From Selaginella moellendorffii (Eukaryota > Plantae > Lycopodiophyta), in the NCBI RefSeq assembly GCF_000143415.4, contig NW_003314299.1, positions 482,229-546,228 of the forward strand: 64,000 bases of DNA. The letters are read 5' to 3'. The notes below the pieces were generated by a model. That model had not been told where the DNA came from, did not search any database, and saw nothing but the letters and a program-made list of their open reading frames with translations. This document shows, in pieces, positions 50,752 through 62,452 of this stretch. How positions within the stretch are numbered: position 1 is the first letter of the stretch; every line of letters starts with the position of its first letter. The translations under genes were made by a program, and so were the position numbers.

Positions 50752-53700
50752 GAGACTGAGATCGGGACCGAGACCGAGACCGAGGCCGAGGCCGAGACCG
50801 AGCCCGAGCCCGAGTCCGAATCCGAGTCCGAGTCTGAGTCCGAGTCCGAGTCCGAGTCCGGAGCCTGAGAGGGTGAAAGCCCAAAGCGTTCGTCTCCCAG
50901 ACCCTGGGGGGTTTGGTGAGCTCCAAAAGTATAGTAGGGGGAGGACTGCAGTGGAGACAGTTTGGCCAGAAAAGGCCAGTTTGGCCCAGGAAGGCCGGAC
51001 CCAGTGTTGGGTGATGAGCTGCCCACTGGGAAGTCCAAGACTAGAGTGAACACAGACCGACAAGCGGGGTAGCTTGGTGAAGTGTTCAAGAGCCGGCTCT
51101 AGTTCCCCCGGGAGATCGACTGGCCGATGCTCCCAGTCCAAGTGTGGGTGGCACTACCTACTTGGATACCAGGCATGGCTCAACAGAACCTCGCTCTAAG
51201 CCCATGGCTAGAGCACCTAAAGGCGAAAGGTGGGGAGAGTACCCAGGTGGCTCGCGTAAGGCCACGGTGTTCCGAAATGGTGTCCCAAAGTCCCAGACTG
51301 TGGAAAGGAAGAGGGGTAGCCCTCTGGTGGGGTGACCAAGGACACAGTCACACAGTGAGGAAGTCCTCAAGGATAGTGGGACTTAGTGGTAGGGCCGGTG
51401 GGCCTTGATCCAGTGGCAGTGTTGGCGAACATAGCTAAGGACAGAAAGGGACTTGGTGGGGACCGGAACAGAGATATTGGGGAAGGCTATTCCCCATGTC
51501 TGTAGGCATCCTAAGGATGTTAAGGAGTGGATCTGGGATGATCCCTCATGGACGGATGACCCAGTCTTTGAGAGACGGGATTGGAATGCAAGTGGTGTTG
51601 GACCACCAGTGTGACCAAGGTAATTGGGCATGGCCTTAGCGTAACGGGCCGATACGTTGGTGGTACCTTGGGGTGTCGATCATGGGATCGGACACATGGA
51701 GCACTTGGACCAAGTGCTAAGGTTGAGTGGCATGGATGCCATTCTCGGGGCTAGCAAGCCCCAAGTCCTAAGTTGGACTTATGGAGGTTGTGAATGAGAC
51801 TCCTCCAAGTGGTCGGAGGTGTGGTTAAGTGACTAAAGTAGAATGGAAAAATTAGTCGCTTACAATTTGGTATCGGAGCTGTTCCTTAGTCCGACTTTTA
51901 TTGGTGCTCAAGTATATCACCACTAGTGTTGGCATCGGAAGGTCCGAGGAGTGGGCCTATCCTTGAGGAGTAGCAAGTCGGGAAGACATGGCTCTCCATT
52001 ACAGTTCATGTGTGAACTTGTAGACGAGGTGGTGGATAGAAAAGGGCCAATAATGGAACGACTTTGGGATCTTGGGAACAGTATATGGTTTTCCTCAAAG
52101 AGTTGAGGATGTGATCCAGATGAGCGTTTGACTTAGCAAACTGGCTAATGTAGTTGTGGTAAACAACTACAGTTGGGATCACGGGAAAGATAAAGACTCC
52201 AAAGCAATAAAGGAGTCACAAGATTTTCCTCATATAGTTGAGGTTGGTGCTCATGAATATGAGACCAGAAGTAATGACCGTGGGAGGTCAAATACGGAAG
52301 AGGACTCAAGTCCTTGAAAAGGTAGCCGGGGCTACCTCTAATAAATGCTGGAACAACCCAAGGAGTTGGGGGTGTATTAAGTGGATGAGTTGGTGTTCTT
52401 ATCACATGGACAAGTAGTCCTAAGGGGCAAAGGTTGCCCCCAGAGAACAAAATCAAGTGTCGGAGTAACACTTGTGAAAATAGTCCTTTTGAGTAGGACA
52501 GGAATGCAAGAAGTGTATTCCAGTGAGCTAGTGCCTCACAAGTAGGACCTTACGGGTCTGTGGATTAACCAAGTCCAAAACTGCTGGATGACTCAAGTAG
52601 AGTCAACGAATGGTCCTAAAAGGACTGATGGAAGCATTTGGACTGAGGTGTGTTGTACCCCACAAAGGATGGGGGGGGATCATAGGATCCAAGGATGAGA
52701 ACAGAGGGTATCTCATCGATGGCAAAATGTGCCATGCTAAAGTTATGGGAAAGGTGTTCCCAGAAGAAAACAACCTTGACATAAAGTTGTGTGTGACCTC
52801 TATGGTGCAGTGCTAACGGATGGTTGGCATGAGAAAGAGCGGTGTTGGTCTTGGCAAAGACTTAGACACGAAGGGGAAATGTCATAGAGGTAGGCTCGTG
52901 GAGCCGATGGTGTGGAGACACCAAATGTGCCAAGGTGTGATACCTTGAGGCTATGTTGGTGGGTTCATGAGAACCCCTTGCCAAAGGAATCCCAATGGAA
53001 ATGGGAATAGCATAGCCTAAGCTGCAGAGCATGCAGTTGGAGTGTGGTGACCCAGATAATGATGGAGGTGTGAAAGCACCAAGCAATGAGTTGTAGGACT
53101 TGACAACTATGAGGCAACTAAGCAAGAGATGCAAAATAACTGGTTAAACGGGTAGAAGGTAGCTACCCAAGACTTCTTAATAGCATAGGGAAGTTGGATA
53201 TACCCTTACGGGGGATAAGTTGCTTGTGTTGCGATATAGTAAGTCAATGTCATAAAAGGAAATACTCATTGTCAAAAAAGCCATCATTGGGACACCCGAA
53301 CACTCTAGAACACCAGAAGGTGGTGTTTGATGTCGCGAGGGCAATGGATAAAGCCCAAGGGACTAAGTCCCTAGCGAATGATGGATAGAAGGTGCTATCC
53401 AAATGTCCAAGGTTGCGGAGACAGGAGAGGACTGTCTACCCGAGTTGGACAAAGCCAAAAATGGAATTTTGGCAAGGTTAGTGATGGGCATGCAAAGGCC
53501 CATAAGCAACAATGTAATCCCAGTGTGTGGGATTATAAGGTGAGCATACCTGGATTGAGGAACCACTCCCTAGGCTATTGGGTAGGTTCATCCCTAAGAA
53601 TACTTGCTAAAGCATGATAGAAAGTGCAAAGCTATCCTCCTGGTCTGGAGGAGAATGACCAAAGCAAAGCTGTGAAGCCTCAAGGCAAGAAGTAAGGGGA

Positions 53701-56505
53701 TGGAACCGAACCATAGGAATCAAAGGGCATAACTAAGGTTGGTTATGCCAGCTGGGAGTGGAGAATCAAGTGGGGGCTCGAGGGTGTTGCTGCTAGCAAC
53801 CGTGATGCCATGGAGAGTCTAAAATATGGAATTGTCCATGTTAGACTATGTGGCATTTGGAAGGCTTGCAAAAAGGGAGGCCTTAGCAAGCTGAGGGACA
53901 GAGTTCCTTCAAGGTTCCCAAAGACGATTCTAGGTAGCTTAGTACCTAGAAAGGCCAAGTGTAAATGGTTCATGGAACGCGCGAAATCAGAGTGGCGCAG
54001 CAGAAGCGTGGTCTTGAAGCTTGCCATGAGGCAAGGCTATCAAGGTTAGGGAAGTAGTTCCCGAGTGTTCAAAGAGAGGGCTTTGAACGAAAGTCGATGG
54101 TCAAGGACTTTCACGCTTATGCAGGAACCATGTTACAGTGGTCGGAGGACTTGCCAAGCGAGATTGGCACGTCGGGGGAACAAATACCCTAGTTGAAGGT
54201 GATAACTTCAAAAAGGGTGGGCCATGGGGCCGAGCATGGAGGAGTCCATGCATGATCACAGACATGTCAAGTGAGAGGACTTGGCAGTGTGGAGGAACTA
54301 GGTTCCTAAACTGTGATCTGTAGCGCGCTTTAAAAATAGGTTGGTGCACCGGCGTGGGGAGTCACGCCAGGCATCTTGTGTGATGCCGTCCGTAGATGCA
54401 TATACGGAGGTTGGGTTCGAGTCCCGACCCTCTAGTGCTTGGGTTCGAGTCCCAAATCACTAGGGCGTGGTGATGGTTTGGAATATGAGGACACTCATAT
54501 TTCGGTGATCATGGACTCTCAGTGGGGAGACTGGTTTGGGCACACCGCCAAGCGAGGGATGCCTCGGAGTCGTGATGCATGGTTAGATTGCTTAGTGTGA
54601 AAGCTCGGCATATCTAACTTGAACGCTTTGGTGCGAGTGGCACCAAGGACGTGGTGAGTGAGATGGGGACACCTAATCTCAGTTGCTATGGACCCTTGGC
54701 CGGAAGGGCTGGCTTGGGCGCACCGCCAAGTGTGGGGGATGCCCCCGGGGTCGTAGTTAACAAATTAAAGGTCTGGAAGACCTAGTACCTATTGGCAAAC
54801 CTGTTAAGGTGCCGAGGTGAGATCATTAGGTGATCTTGTGGCTAAATAAGGACAAGGTCCTTGTTTGGGTTAAGGAATAAGGTTCCTAGTTCAAAGTGTT
54901 GATTTGAACTATTGATGATGGTGTGGCTTGGTCAAGGTGACCAAGTGGGAAAAGCACCCTAGGGAAATGAGCTATGTCATTGCGATGGCATACTGTGTCC
55001 AAGGAAAGTAGTCTCTAAAGAGACCCATGGGAGGGTCACAAAGTTGGGCCGTGGATAGAGCCCACAGCAGAAGATGCTAAAGAGACTTACTAGGGGCGAA
55101 CACCCTAGTCTTGGCAAAGCAGAGCCTTTGCTATGGAATCACAAGAATACCTCAAGGAGGGAGGTAGAGATTCGATGTTGCTTGGTGCAACAATCAATGG
55201 ATAGGAGCAAAAGATGAGTGGCCAAGATAGGGCCGTGGAATCCCTTGGAAGGAATCCAAGTGACAAAGTTAGGCGAGGAACACTAATGTGTTGGATGCTA
55301 ACAAATTCCGGAAAAGGAAGTGTGTTTCCAAGGATGAATTCCGAATTGCTCTGATTTGGCGAAAGTGGAAGCTCCAAGGGAGGGAGCGGTAAGGTAGCCA
55401 AATGATAGGGCCATGGACAGCCCTAGCACAAAGTATGATAAATGGAACTTAGTGCCCAAGGTGGCACGAAATAGAAGAGAGGATGATGGTGCCCTCAAGT
55501 AATGAGCTTCCTAGGATGGGGAAGTGGAGTTGCACAATCTGTGCAATGCAAGGTGTTGGAGACACCTAGGAAATTGACTTCCAAAAGTCAAAAGAGTAAA
55601 AGTTCCAAGGTGCAAACGTTCAATAGATGGAAATTGAGACTACTCGAGAAGGAGTAGCGGGATTGACTTAGAGAAGGGTCTCTAAGAAGTTTAGCGAGAA
55701 CTAAACCAATAAAAGGAGAGAACCACTATATGTGGTCCAATCAGTCTCTAAGTTGGAGAGACTACCCTCCTTAGAGGATAGGCAAGGCATGGTGAGCCTT
55801 TGGTGTCAAACCATTGAGGCATATGCAAAAGGCATGGTGAGCCTTCAATGTCAAACCATTGACGAATATGGAGAAGGCATGGTGAGCCTTCAATGTCAAA
55901 CCATTGACAAATATTGGCTAGGTGCCAAGGATGGAAATGGTAACACATGCGAGTGTTACTTTAAAAAAATGGTTTACCGTTCGATGAAGACATCGAACTT
56001 CGTCTATGGGTGGTGGAGTTGTGAGACACAAAATCCCTAGGCCCCAAAGTGGAGCCAGAAGGGCGCCACATGGTAGTGGCCGAAGCGAGAGCCAAACGAG
56101 CGTAACACGTTTGGACCAAAAGCTCCGACTTGAAAAGTCAAGAGCGGGAGTGGAACTCCCAACGAAGTGTTCGAGGAACGAGCACGAAGCGAGCAAAAAG
56201 CGAGGCTCCAAAAAGGGACCCAAAAGGACCAACACATGACACGTGGAAGTGTCTGAGATGGACTCGAGTTGGAGTCCGAAGTGGAGTCCGAGATGGACTC
56301 GAGTTGGAGTCCGAGGTGGACCCGAGATGGACCCGAGATGGAGTCCGAGATGGAGTCCGGGGTGAACCTGAGATGGACCCGAAATGGAGTCCGAGATGGA
56401 ATCCGAGATGGACCCGAGATGGAGTCCGAGATGGACCCGAAATGGAGTCCGAGATGGACCCGAGATGGAGTCCGAGATGGAGTCTGAAGTCGAGACCGAG
56501 ACCGG

Positions 56506-56549
<44 letters not shown>

Positions 56550-57645
56550 TCGGGACCGAGAACGAGACCGAGGCCGAGGCCGAGACAGAGCCCGAGCCCG
56601 AGTCCGAGTCCGAGTCCGAGTCCGAGTCCGAGTCCGAGTCTGAGTCTGAGAGGGTGAAAGCCCAAAGCGTTCGTCTCCCAGACCCTGGGGGGTTTGGTGA
56701 GCTCCAAAAGTATAGTAGGGGGAGGACTGCAGTGGAGCCAGTTTGGCCAGGAAAGGCCAGTTTGGCCCAGGAAGGCCGGACCCAGTGTTGGGTGATGAGC
56801 TGCCCACTGGGAAGTCCAAGACTAGAGTGAACACAGACCGACAAGCGGGGTAGCTTGGTGAAGTGTTCAAGAGCCGGCTCTAGTTCCCCCGGGAGATCGA
56901 CTGGCCGATGCTCCCAGTCCAAGTGTGGGTGGCACTACCTACTTGGATACCAGGCGTGGCTCAACGGAACCTCGCTCTAAGCCCATGGCTAGAGCACCTA
57001 AAGGCGAAAGGTGGGGAGAGTACCCAGGTGGCTCGCGTAAGGCCACGGTGTTCCGAAATGGTGTCCCAAAGTCCCAGACTGTGGAAAGGAAGAGGGGTAG
57101 CCCTCTGGTGGGGTGACCAAGGACACAGTCACACAGTGAGGAAGTCCTCGAGGATAGTGGGACTTAGTGGTAGGGCCGGTGGGCCTTGATCCAGTGGCAG
57201 TGTTGGCGAACACAGCCAAGGACAGAAAGGGACTTGGTGGGGACCGGAACAGAGATATTGGGGAAGGCTATTCCCCATGTCTGTAGGCATCCTAAGGATG
57301 TTAAGGAGTGGATCTGGGATGATCCCTCATGGACGGATGACCCAGTCTTTGAGAGACGGGATTGGAATGCAAGTGGTGTTGGACCACCAGTGTGACCAAG
57401 GTAATTGGGCATGGCCTTAGCGTAACGGGCCGATACGTTGGTGGTACCTTGGGGTGTCGATCATGGGATCGGACACATGGAGCACTTGGACCAAGTGCTA
57501 AGGTTGAGTGGCATGGATGCCATTCTCAGGGCTAGCAAGCCCCAAGTCCTAAGTTGGACTTATGGAGGTTGTGAATGAGACTCCTCCAAGTGGTCGGAGG
57601 TGTGGTTAAGTGACTAAAGTAGAATGGAAAAATTAGTCGCTTACA
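50752..57645 (+). mobile_element. LTR retrotransposon C (gypsy-like, decayed interior, near-identical LTRs); left end lies in a gap
   Basis: The 5' LTR ends at 51864, followed by PBS TGGTATCGGAGC (51868-51879). The 3' LTR is 56020-57645 (TG...CA), after a G-rich tract. Element B sequence resumes at 57646. Confidence 0.87.
56255..56650. repeat. Mini/microsatellite inside the LTR of C (GAGATGGACCC / GAGATGGAGTCC, then GAGACC and GAGTCC hexamers)
   Basis: Directly visible, and partly present in the 5' LTR at 50752-50870. Confidence 0.92.
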
Positions 57646-60600
57646 TTTATCGAATGATAACTTACTTGGAATACTTTTGTGTTCTAATCTAAAATATATT
57701 CACTGATAATTAAGTCTCTAAGATATCATTGTCTATGACTTTGATATTGTCCATCTATTGATCTTTGCGTTTGTGCCAGTATAGGCAAACTGGCTTCGGC
57801 ACTTCGTATGCATGGTGAAATCTCTAGTCATGGGGTAGCTATTGTCGATTGGTCACATAACCTGCCTCTCTGTCGATATTCCTTATTCCGTTAAAAGGGC
57901 GTGACTGTGTAAACAACTCTAACTACCTGTTTACAGTAGTTTATCTAAACCTTACCAACGGATTTGGTTTCTTTGCTCAGGAGGGTTGGGGCCTCTGGCT
58001 TCTCTTTCTATGTCCCTACGGGCAGGGGCATATCACACTTTTGTAAGCTGGGTGACACCCAGAGTAGCAAGGGTGGCTGACTTTGTTGGTCATTTCCTTG
58101 TCAGCGATGGCCGGAAGGTGTCTGAATTAGTAGCGCATTTGCGTTAGACAAAGAGGTTGCCTCATAACTCATTTAAGTTGGTGTATTTCTCACATAGTGT
58201 GAATACTGTGAACTTTTTCTTGAGTTGTTTCCTTGGCGGTATTCTAGACTAGAGTATACATCGATGAGGACGTCAATCTTCCCTAATGGGGGGGGTGGGG
58301 GGGGGGAGAGTGTCGCAAATGTGACTTCGGGTATCGAAAGTTACCTGTCGGCTAGTCCTTTTGGACACTCTTTTCTTACTGCCACGATGGCAGAAGGTCG
58401 GTATTGCTGGTTCCCTTTATCAGCCCCTCTTGTTCAAGTGTTAGTAAACTGAGCTTAGCACCTGTACTTAGCCAGATAGACATAAGGTAGAAACTCCTAT
58501 GTGTTTTTAGCTGAGCATACTCGGCCTGACTCTTAGTTCTCTTTTGCTTTGTCTTGCACTGGCTTGACAAGAACCTTTGCGTATTGAGATTGGTCCCTCA
58601 ATATCACTGGATGATAATTTACCGTGTTTGCCAAACACCCTCGCTATCATGCCCTTTGTGTTAGTCTCATTTCAGTCCCAAATGTTATTTATGGAAAGTG
58701 TCCAGATTTGCTTGGGGTGAAAGCCCAAAACATGTGTTTCTAGGGGGGGGGGGGGGGGGGTGCCGAGCTGTGGGGGTTTCCAAATGCATAGTAGGGATAG
58801 TGGGTAGGTCAAGCATGGCCGACCAACCTGATGTATAGTTTAGCTCCCACTTGCATGCTTGTCCTTATTCTGCATCCAACTTGGGTCTAAGTTTAAGTTC
58901 CATTCCATGCTAGCTGGTGGAGTACCCATATCCTTGTGTTAGGCCACTAGTATGCCGAAATAGCACCAGACTCTGTTTGGCTCCGTTTTGTGTGCTGGTC
59001 CTGGCATTGGGATGCTGGTTGCTCTAGAACTATTCCAGGTCGCTTCGGGCTCCTGTCTCTTCGCTCCTTGGGCTGTATGCTTGGGAGTTGCTCCGTGGTC
59101 CGGTTCCACCACTCTTTGGCTCCACGCTTGGGAGTTTGGCACCGTTCCTTTGTTTAGTGGCCCAAGGCCCTGAACCTCGGGTTCCACACCATTGTCCTTT
59201 AGACACGTGGCATCTGTCACATGGCACAAAGAGGGTTTAAGTTCCACTTCGTGGTGTTATCCTATAGTAAATCACCATAGGATAAAAGGTAGAAACCATG
59301 TGCGCTACAAGTGCCATGCTAAACAGCTACATACCAGACTATTTGCCACTCATAGCAAACCCAGGGAAGGTTTACTTTCACCTATGGTACAAGGAACAAC
59401 TCATGGAACCACCAATAAGCTAACATTAATCCTACTAACTCAAAGTGTAACCTTGAGTTGCTAATGTACTTCACTCACGAGCCCAAGTGCAAACTCGTGC
59501 AAACGGAACAACTCAATCCCTCTTATGAGCCCATAAGCAAGCTCACATCATATGGTACAAAAAGGTAACCAAACTCTATACCCAAGGAATGAATGTGAAG
59601 TCTTAGCACCCAAACGTGTACCCACTCGGATCATCGTTTTCATCTCTACGTATATAACGAGACTAGTTGTTCAATCTCATTGGATAGCACTCATTGAGAC
59701 TTGCAAACTCATGTGAATGGAACAACTCAATCCCTCTTATAAGCCCATGAGCAAGCTCACATCATATGGTACAAAAAGGTAACCAAATTCCATACCCAAG
59801 GAACGAATGCTAAACGTGTACCCACTTGGATCATCATTTTCATTTCTACATATACAATGAGACTAGTTGCCCAATCTCGTTCGATAGTACTCACTGAGAC
59901 TCATTCTTTGATACCAAATGTAGCACACGTGGTTTTTACCTTTTATCTTATGGTGATTTACCATAAGATAACACCACAAATCAGAACCTAAACCCTCCTT
60001 ATGCCACGTGTCATATGCCATGTGTCACATGCCACATGTCCATAGGACAGTGGTGTGGAACCCAAGGTTCAAGGCCTTGGGCCATTGAACAAAGGAACGG
60101 TGCCAAACTCCTAAGCATGGAGTTAAGGAGTGATGGAACTGGACCATGGAGCAACTCCTGAGCATACAGCCCAAGAAGCGAAAGGACAGGAGCCCGAAGC
60201 AACTTGGAACAGTCCTAGAGTATATAACATCCCAATGCCAGACTCCATTTGGCTCCGTTTTGTATGCTAGTCTTGGCGCTATTTTGGCATACTGGTGGCC
60301 TAACACAAGGACATAGCTAGCATGGAATGAAACTTGGGCTTAGACCCAGGCCGGACGCAGAACAAAGACACGCACGTAAGCAGGAGCTAAACTATGCCTC
60401 AGGTTGGTTGGCCATGCCCAATGTACCCACTATCTCTGTTATACATTTGGAACCCCCCCCCCCCCCCCCTTGGGCTTTCACCCCAAGCCTCCCTTAGTAT
60501 CAGAAGTTAATCTCTAGAACAAGCTCAAAACTTACTAAATATGGAATGTCCTTAGATTGCGAATTTGGACACGGGACAAACACTATTGTGTTTAACACAA

Positions 60601-61032
60601 TCTCTACATTCTGTAGATATGCCAAATGAGCAAATCTAGACACTTTCATAAATAACATTTGGGACCGAAATGAGACTAACACAAAGAACATGATAGTGAG
60701 GGTGTTTGAGAGACATGGTAAGCTATCATCCAGCGATATAGAGGAACTAATTTCAATACGCAAGGGTTCTTGTCAAGTGAGTGCAAGATAGAGCAAAAGA
60801 GAATTAACAAGCCAGGCCAAGTATGTTTGGCTAAATAGACACTTAGGAATTCCTTCCTTACATTCATCTGGCCAAGTATAGATGCAAAGTCCAGTTTACT
60901 AACACTTGAACAAAAGGGACTAATAAAGGGGTCTAGTAATACCAACTTCCTGCAATCGTGGCAGTAAGGAAAGAGTGTCCATAAAGACTGGCCAACAGAT
61001 AACTTTCGATACCTGAAGTCACATTCGCGACA

Positions 61033-61227
61033 AATGGGATCCCTTAGATTTCCATACCACTCCATAAATGGAACCAAGTGGGCTTTCCTGTAGCTAGCCA
61101 TCAGGAAGAACGAGGTCAAAATAGTTCCCGACTCTTCTAGTGCTTGCGTCCTTGTACTTGTAAGTGACGCCAACATAAGCGCCATGCTAGGAAGCGATCT
61201 ATCCGGCTTTGAATTGGAGAGAATCCC
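61033..61227 (-). pseudogene. Lnt-like copy 5 continuation (remnant)
   Basis: Resumes exactly after the TSD. Confidence 0.85.
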
Positions 61228-62452
61228 AATGTAGGTGCCATGCTTGTTTGAATGTAGGTGGTAATTTATATTCTTATTATATTCATCAAAAATTAAATTA
61301 TTTATAAGGTGAAAGGATTATACTATAAATATTTAGGTATATTTAAAATATACCTTAATCTAGCAGTTTTATGTTTGTAATCAGTGTTTAATACTATATC
61401 TTAAATATAGACCAAACCTCTAAAGTTAACTAAAATCTCTCAAAAGGAAAAAAAAATGTATTATTTGATTTTCTTGTAATACAAGACTCCTATCCCTTTG
61501 CCCATATTTACATCTTCTTCTTTCCCACTTTTTTTTTATTATAAATTATTAAAACAATGAAATAGTTATATTTGTTTAAGCTGCCACTTAGAGGCTATTA
61601 ATGTTTGATATGGCCATGAGATAACTCACCATTATTTAAGGGATTCTTTTGATTTTTAAATTGCAAATATTTGAATTTTTGCTTTGTTCCCACCAAGTTG
61701 CAAAAGCTATTGGAAGCAATCCAAAAAAATATTATATTCAAACAAGGCTATTGTTCCTAGAATAATCTAATCACACTAGTTGCAAAATTTTTTTAACTTA
61801 TTTGTAAATTGTAAGTAATCAAAAAGAATAACTTACATAAAAGTTCAAATATAAAAGGTAAGAACTCTATTTTTCAATTAGTTAAAAATTTTGGGATATT
61901 TAGGGTTAAATATTCTTAGATTTAAATAGTAATAGGTTATATGACTTCTCGGAAATCTAAACTCTATTGATTAGCTAAGGGAATCATACTATATATTTGA
62001 TTAACCTTTAGGAAAAGAATGGGGCTCTCAAAATAGTGTTACTTAAGAGATGATCAAATATAAAAAGGAAAGGGCTTATGAATAAAAATGTGCATTTTTT
62101 TCCAATTGGTTAAATATTTTAGTATATTACAAGGAAATATAAAAAGAAAGAGTGTATGAATAAAACTGATTAAGGGTATTGGGATATTGAGTCTTGGGAT
62201 AGCCACCTTTACCACTAACTTTGAGATTTTAAGATATGCTACTGTCTAATAATTAGATTAGTTTTGTATTCAAACACTTTTTTAGTATATTCTAGTTTAT
62301 TCTACTATTTAATTTGGATTGGTCAAATAGGTTAAAATAATACTAAACAAAAATTTAACAAAACAGTCTCATAATGAGTTTCTATTATTATCATTAAATA
62401 TTATTTAATCTAGGTATGTTCTTACAACAATCTTAATATTTTGGGTTGGACT

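Larger units (their letters stand above)
47801..59309 (+). mobile_element. LTR retrotransposon B, same family as A, inserted in opposite orientation
   Basis: TSD AGTGC at 47796-47800 and 59310-59314. LTRs start at 47801 and 58311, with a polypurine tract at ~58288-58310. Interior 48885-50488 is the reverse complement of ~44030-45560, with decayed integrase-like HEG...H and LVIIDY motifs. Confidence 0.87.
43161..61032 (-). mobile_element. Degenerate gypsy-type LTR retrotransposon A (hosts elements B and C)
   Basis: 5-bp TSD AATGG at 43156-43160 and 61033-61037. 5' LTR 59919-61032 with PBS at ~59905-59916. The 3' LTR from 43161 is truncated at ~43687 by a deletion. The interior has no long ORF. 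Confidence 0.85.

Noticed and set aside
48114-51141. ORFs containing X runs
   Set aside because: They are artefacts of N gaps.
54409-54465. tRNA gene
   Set aside because: Only T-arm motifs are present, with no proper D-arm, anticodon arm or acceptor stem. Reported as a structured element instead.
55918-56922. Long RS/SP/ET-rich ORFs on both strands
   Set aside because: They are translations of hexamer satellites within an LTR.
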